The notes under the pieces are model-generated. The model searched no databases. It was not told where the DNA came from and worked only from the letters and a program-made list of their open reading frames with translations. Shown here in pieces: positions 58,395-64,000 of a DNA stretch of 64,000 bases (the stretch's first letter is position 1; each line of letters starts with the position of its first letter). The position numbers were made by a program, and so were the translations under genes. Source of the stretch: Eledone cirrhosa (taxonomy: Eukaryota); NCBI GenBank assembly GCA_964016885.1, contig OZ024740.1, positions 145,576,001-145,640,000 of the forward strand, read 5' to 3'.

Positions 58395-58998
58395 GGTGGC
58401 TGCCAACTCGTTTTCGAGTACGGCCACTAATTTATATCCATGTAGGAGAACCCCTACCGGTGCGCTGAACGAGTGTGACTTTTTAGTCCAGCGACTTGAA
58501 AACTCTGGTACAAACACTACACCTGTGACAATTATTGACACATAGTGCTGGGCCCATGGTACCATGTGACGACAAGTGCAGAGAGATCTCCAGATATAAA
58601 GCAATGCCTGTGCTGTGAAGCTTTTATAGTGAGCAAAGGCACTGCACAAAGCCAGTCCCACTCTCTTAACCAAGATGATATTTACCAAAAAGAAGAACAA
58701 GTCAACATCATTGGATACCATCAGGGTTGCAGGTGTTATATCAGAGTTTTCCTTCTCCTAGAATTCTGCCTTGACAAAGGCTAAGGGGTCATCTCTCCCG
58801 GTGATTTTGGATGGCCATTGACTCTTAAGAGCTCCTTTGCCCTTTGACAGGTTTTGTTTTTAGTCCTGCAGGATGTCCAAAGTCACCCTCCTCACCAAGT
58901 AACCTTGGTGGGGTTGCCAGTTTAGTCGCCAACGACCTGACCATGAGACAGGTTGTACTGGGATACACGTTACCAGTAACACCAACTGGTGACCTGAC
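58395..58998 (-). mobile_element. 608-bp RTE-derived non-autonomous element, copy 6 (full length)
   Basis: Same ends; 4-bp deletion. Confidence 0.9.
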
Positions 58999-59021
58999 AT
59001 AAATATATATGACATATATAT

Positions 59022-60067
59022 TAGGTATAGGATTATCCAAGATGTAGTAATGGTTAATTACTACACTGGATTTGAATCGAACGACCAGAAATGGTATTAT
59101 ATCGGATCTACCACCACATCGTTTAAATCTCGCTGGTACCGTCATCGATTCTCAATCAAACATCCGAATCACCGTTTTGTGACCACGCTCGCCAACAAGA
59201 CCTGGCATCTCCGTGAACACAACCAACAGTTCACCTTAAAATGGAATATACTTTCCAGCGCAAATGCATATCGGAGTGGATTGAAGTACTGCAGGTTATG
59301 TAACCTTGAGCTATTTTACATACTAAAATCCAAAAACAAACTACTTAACGATAGAATTGAACGATCATTATACTGCAACCACAAACTAAAAGCTAAATTC
59401 TCTCACTATAAAATAACTTAACATTCGAACCCGTAACTACAACACCACTCTCTAGCTTCTCTTCCCCCCACACTACAAGACAATACACTGCTTATCACTA
59501 TACATGGTAACTCAGTACAATTCCTAGATTACTACTACAAAACCAAAAGTTCACTCACCACACATACTTTATCTGTCCCCTCTCTACCTATATATCTCTC
59601 TCTACATCCATTACACTCTCTCTCTCTCACCTTTGACCTACCTCCCTCTCAACATCTATGAACTTGCCCTCTGGGGCAATAAATAATTCCGACCTCAACT
59701 ATCTATGCATCTCTCCAAAAGTAACCAATAAAACCCCTACCATAACATTTTGATTAAGATATCTACAAGCCACTCTCTCCTACTTCTCCAACCCCTGCAT
59801 ATCTTTCCTTCTCTCTCCCTCTTCCCTACTTTTCTCTCTTCCTGTTCCACTCTATCTTCCCCAACAACCCCACTTAAGGGTTTTTACATTGTACATTTAC
59901 CACTCTGCTCTGAGAAAACAGTGGTCACAGCATTGGATATTCGAGTTCTGCAAATACTTGTGAATTTGCACGTAGCGGAACTAGGCTGCAGTACCACCGT
60001 GGAAACACTTGTAAGCACACGGAATAAATTACCTTTTTATGATGTCTACCTGTTATTATTCATTCTT
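59022..60067 (+). mobile_element. Penelope-like element 3' fragment (GIY-YIG C-part 59050-59421 + pLTR) with 16-bp target-site duplication
   Basis: YYIGST...FKSRWYRH..S, LKWNIL, CRLCNLE, LLN; tatatgacatatatat at 59006-59021 and 60068-60083; AATAAA at 60023. Confidence 0.88.
59906..60017 (+). ncRNA. Type I hammerhead-like motif with very long helix II and G8A deviation
   Basis: ugcu-CUGAGAA-[acagtggt..cagc..agttc..tgcaaat / atttgca..gaact..gctg..accaccgt]-GAAA-ca(cu)ug-U-A-agca, just before AATAAA. Confidence 0.6.
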
Positions 60068-60390
60068 TATATGACATATATATATATATATATATATAAA
60101 AACAAATAACGAAACGAAATTAAATTTCGTTTCGTTTGTAACTCACTTTTGTATGACTGACGCTTAAACAATTAAGTTAAAAATGTACATCCACATATGT
60201 ATACTGAAATACTAGTATGCATATGAATACACACACGTATACATATGTAGATGTACCAAGTTTTTCACTGGTCACTTTACCGTGAGTGTCCAGCTATTCT
60301 GTATGTAAACACACAGACAAACCGGTTTTTAGAGTCATACTGGTTTTTGAGGAAACACCTTTCCTCTATTCTCCAGAAAGCCAGACAAGG

Positions 60391-60435
60391 AATATTGAAC
60401 TAGTTTCGTTGTTGTTACAACTCATCAGCAATATT
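60391..60435 (-). ncRNA. Minimal type I hammerhead ribozyme (unit 1)
   Basis: aauauug-CUGAUGA-guugu(aaca)acaac-GAAA-cuag-U-U-caauauu; canonical core, 7-bp helix I, 5-bp helix II, palindromic minimal helix III. Confidence 0.93.
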
Positions 60436-60856
60436 TACCTATCTACCGGCCTTTCTGGAGAATCGTAAAAGCACATATCGTTATATGCTTTTTCTATGAA
60501 AATTAGTAGTGGGCAGACTAATTTGCATAGAGTGTGAGTACGTACCGGTTCAACGGAGACGATAAAAACAAATAACGAAACAAAATTAAATTTCGTTTCG
60601 TTTGTAACTCACTTTTGTATGACTGACGCTTAAACAATTAAGTTAAAAATGTACATCCACATATGTATACTGAAATACTAGTATGCATATGAATACACAC
60701 ACGTATACATATGTAGATGTACCAAGTTTTTCACTGGTCACTTTACCGTGAGTGTCCAGCTATTCTGTATGTAAACACACAGACAAACCGGTTTTTAGAG
60801 TCATACTGGTTTTTGAGGAAACACCTTTCCTCTATTCACCAGAAAGCCAGACAAGG

Positions 60857-60901
60857 AATATTGAACTAGTTTCGTTGTTGTTACAACTCATCAGCAATAT
60901 T
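60857..60901 (-). ncRNA. Minimal type I hammerhead ribozyme (unit 2)
   Basis: Identical motif 466 bp downstream. Confidence 0.93.
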
Positions 60902-61322
60902 TACCTATCTACCGGCCTTTCTGGAGAATCGTAAAAGCACATATCGTTATATGCTTTTCCTATGAAAATTAGTAGTGGGCAGACTAATTTGCATAGAGTG
61001 TGAGTACGTACCGGTTCAACAGAGACGATAAAAACAAATAACGAAACGAAATTAAATTTCGTTTCGTTTGTAACTCACTTTTGTATGACTGACGCTTAAA
61101 CAATTAAGTTAAAAATGTACATCCACATATGTATACTGAAATACTAGTATGCATATGAATACACACACGTATACATATGTAGATGTACCAAGTTTTTCAC
61201 TGGTCACTTTACCGTGAGTGTCCAGCTATTCTGTATGTAAACACACAGACAAACCGGTTTTTAGAGTCATACTGGTTTTTGAGGAAACACCTTTCCTCTA
61301 TTCTCCAGAAAGCCAGACAAGA

Positions 61323-61367
61323 AATATTGAACTAGTTTCGTTGTTGTTACAACTCATCAGCAATATT
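61323..61367 (-). ncRNA. Minimal type I hammerhead ribozyme (unit 3)
   Basis: Identical motif 932 bp downstream of unit 1. Confidence 0.93.
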
Positions 61368-61984
61368 TACCTATCTACCGGCCTTTCTGGAGAATCGTAA
61401 AAGCACATATCGTTATATGCTTTTTCTATGAAAATTAGTAGTGGGCAGACTAATTTGCATAGAGTGTGAGTACGTACCGGTTCAACGGAGACGATAAAAA
61501 CAAATAACGAAACGAAATTAAATTTCGTTTCGTTTGTAACTCACTTTTGTATGACTGACGCTTAAACAATTGGCTTTCTGGAGAATAGAGGAAAGGTGTT
61601 TCCTCAAAAACCAGTATGACTCTAAAAACCGGTTTGTCTGTGTGTTTACATACAGAATAGCTGGACACTCACGGTAAAGTGACCAGTGAAAAACTTGGTA
61701 CATCTACATATGTATACGTGTGTGTATTCATATGCATACTAGTATTTCAGTATACATATGTGGATGTACATTTTTAACTTAATTGTTTAAGCGTCAGTCA
61801 TACAAAAGTGAGTTACAAACGAAACGAAATTTAATTTCGTTTCGTTATTTGTTTTTATCGTCTCCGTTGAACCGGTACGTACTCACACTCTATGCAAATT
61901 AGTCTGCCCACTACTAATTTTCATAGAAAAAGCATATAACGATATGTGCTGTTACGATTCTCCAGAAAGGCCGGTAGATAGGTA

Positions 61985-62029
61985 AATATTGCTGATGAGT
62001 TGTAACAACAACGAAACTAGTTCAATATT
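61985..62029 (+). ncRNA. Minimal type I hammerhead ribozyme (inverted segment)
   Basis: aatattgCTGATGAgttgtaacaacaacGAAActagTTcaatatt read directly on + strand. Confidence 0.93.
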
Positions 62030-62375
62030 CCTTGTCTGGCTTTCTGGAGAATAGAGGAAAGGTGTTTCCTCAAAAACCAGTATGACTCTAAAAACCGGTT
62101 TGTCTGTGTGTTTACATACAGAATAGCTGGACACTCACGGTAAAGTGACCAGTGAAAAACTTGGTACATCTACATATGTATACGTGTGTGTATTCATATG
62201 CATACTAGTATTTCAGTATACATATGTGGATGTACATTTTTAACTTAATTATATATATATATACACATATATATATATACATACATACATACATATATAT
62301 ATATACATACATATATATATACATACATATATATATACATATATATACATAGATATATATATATATATATATATA

Positions 62376-62408
<33 letters not shown>

Positions 62409-62409
<1 letters not shown>

Positions 62410-64000
62410 GATCGGGGGAACACACAAGCCAGGTAGATTATATCCTTACCAGAAGACGTGACAGAGTGTCTGTTGTTAACACTAAATCCCACCCCCATGA
62501 AGAATTCACCTCCCAACATAGACTGATAATTAGCGACCTCATAGTCAGGACGAGACGTACTAGACAGCGGAAGAGGACTATCCTCAGGAGAAAAATATGG
62601 AAGCTAAAGGACCCCATAGCCAGAAATAAATTCCAAAGCATATTACTTGACGCTTTCGACAGTAAGGAAGAGCAATTAGAGTCGTATAATATAGAGGAAC
62701 AGTGGGAATTCCTGAGAGCAAACCTGCTGACGGCGGCAGACGAAGTCTGTGGCTGGAGCAGGCCTGTAGGTAGGAGGAGAGTAACATGGTGGTGGAACAG
62801 TAAGGTGGAGGAGTCAATTAAGGCCAAAAAGCAGGCTTGGAAAGTATGGCGGGATGGGGGAAGTAGAGAAGACTATCAAGTGGCCAGGAGGGAAGCTAGG
62901 AGACAAGTGTACTTCGCAAGAAGGGAAGCAGAGGAAAGAAAGTTCAAGCATGTTCTACAACGTGAGGACCAAAAACGTGAGGTGTTCAGGATTGCCAGGC
63001 AATGTGTCAAGGAAAACCGTGATATTGTCGGGGAGAAGTGTGTACTTAACGATGATGGCATACTTGCCATCACCGACGCTGATAAGAAGGTAGCTTGGAA
63101 GTGTCACTACGAAAGGCTTCTAAATGAGGAGAACAAATGGGAGAAAGACAGTCTCCCCCAGATCGATCCAATAGAGGGACCAGCAGTGTTAGTTGAAGGT
63201 AGTATAATAAGTAAGGCAATCAAAGATATGAAGACGGGTAAGGCGGCTGGGCCTTCGGAAATAGTTGCTGAGATGCTGAAGGCATCTGGTTCGGTGGGAC
63301 ACACCATGGTCACCCGGATAGTTAACCAAGTCGTACAGAATGGGGTTGTTCCGAAGGAATGGCGTAGCAGCATCATCGTTAACTGCTATAAGGGAAAAGG
63401 AGATGCCCTAGATAGGAGTAACTATAGAGGCATTAAATTAATCGACCAGGTCATGAAGGTCACGGAAAAAGTAATAGCGCAACTAATCAGAGAGAGAATT
63501 GATCTAGATGAAATGCAGTTCGGGTTTGTGTCAGGCAAAAGTACCACAGACGCTCTTTTCATTGTACGACAACTACAGGAGAAGTACCTAGCTAAAAGTA
63601 AACCCCTATACTTAGCTTTCGTCGACTTGGAGAAAGCCTTCGACAGAGTCCCCCGTTCCATTATCTGGTAGTCTCTTAGAAAACTAGGTGTTGACGAATG
63701 GCTTGTGAGAGCTATACAAGCCATGTATAAAGAAACAGTCAGTAAGGTTAGAATTAACAACGAATATAGTAAAGAGTTTAGCGTAAAAGTTGGTGTCAAT
63801 CAGGGCTCTGTTCTTAGCCCCCTACTATTTATTATTGCCCTTCAGGCTATAACAGAGGAGTTCAAGACCGGCTGCCCATGGGAACTCCTATACGCAGATG
63901 ATCTAACGCTCATAGCTGAATCAATGACCGAACTAGAGAAGAAATTCCAAACGTGGAAGCACGGCCTAGAATCAAAAGGCCTTAAAATTAACCTGGCTAA
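62409..64000 (+). mobile_element. RTE LINE family B copy (end of APE + RT), runs off the window
   Basis: [35 protein letters not shown], premature TAG at 63669-63671, then QGSVLSP and YADD; near-identical to 27548 onward. Confidence 0.95.

Larger units (their letters stand above)
60096..62250 (-). mobile_element. 466-bp non-coding tandem repeat with hammerhead ribozymes (non-LTR retrozyme / non-autonomous Penelope pLTR array): 3.2 direct units + ~1.5 inverted units
   Basis: Units start at 60096, 60562, 61028, 61494; inversion junction at ~61571; only a few substitutions between units; (TA)n on both flanks. Confidence 0.92.

Noticed and set aside
60096-61571. CRISPR-like array
   Set aside because: Eukaryotic context; whole units are identical with no unique spacers and no cas genes.
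60286-62134. Repeated 60-aa ORF MSSYSVCKH...
   Set aside because: GTG start, antisense to the ribozyme, no recognisable motif; repetition just reflects the tandem unit.

Overview
AT-rich animal genomic DNA, most likely a coleoid cephalopod such as an octopus (inferred from the SINE/RTE/microsatellite landscape, not proven). One host gene is present: Nck/dreadlocks (SH3-SH3-SH3-SH2 adaptor, about 389 aa) on the minus strand, with coding exons 21982-21020 and 13539-13333. The region 1-22 kb is ordinary intergenic/intronic DNA with old, decayed elements (Tc1/mariner, RTE, SINEs, a piggyBac-type MITE). From about 22.07 kb to the end is a ~42-kb strand-polarised (TA)n/(TACA)n/(CA)n microsatellite field, probably at least partly Nck intron 1, packed with young retroelements: two RTE LINE families with a PHD finger inside the RT, an RTE with three C2H2 fingers plus six copies of a related 608-bp non-autonomous element, an R4/Dong-like fragment, two Penelope-like elements, and an intact CR1-group LINE. 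The most notable signals are (i) four unrelated type I hammerhead-ribozyme families, including a near-identical 466-bp non-coding tandem array (retrozyme-like) whose inverted 5' segment begins 14 nt from the predicted self-cleavage site, and a ~317-bp element with a U3-A8 compensatory core only ~650 nt upstream of the Nck splice acceptor, and (ii) two in-phase -1 frameshift slippery heptamers in the ORF1/ORF2 overlap of the CR1 element, whose ORF2 has no usable AUG. All folds and domain calls were read by eye; no database search or folding program was run.
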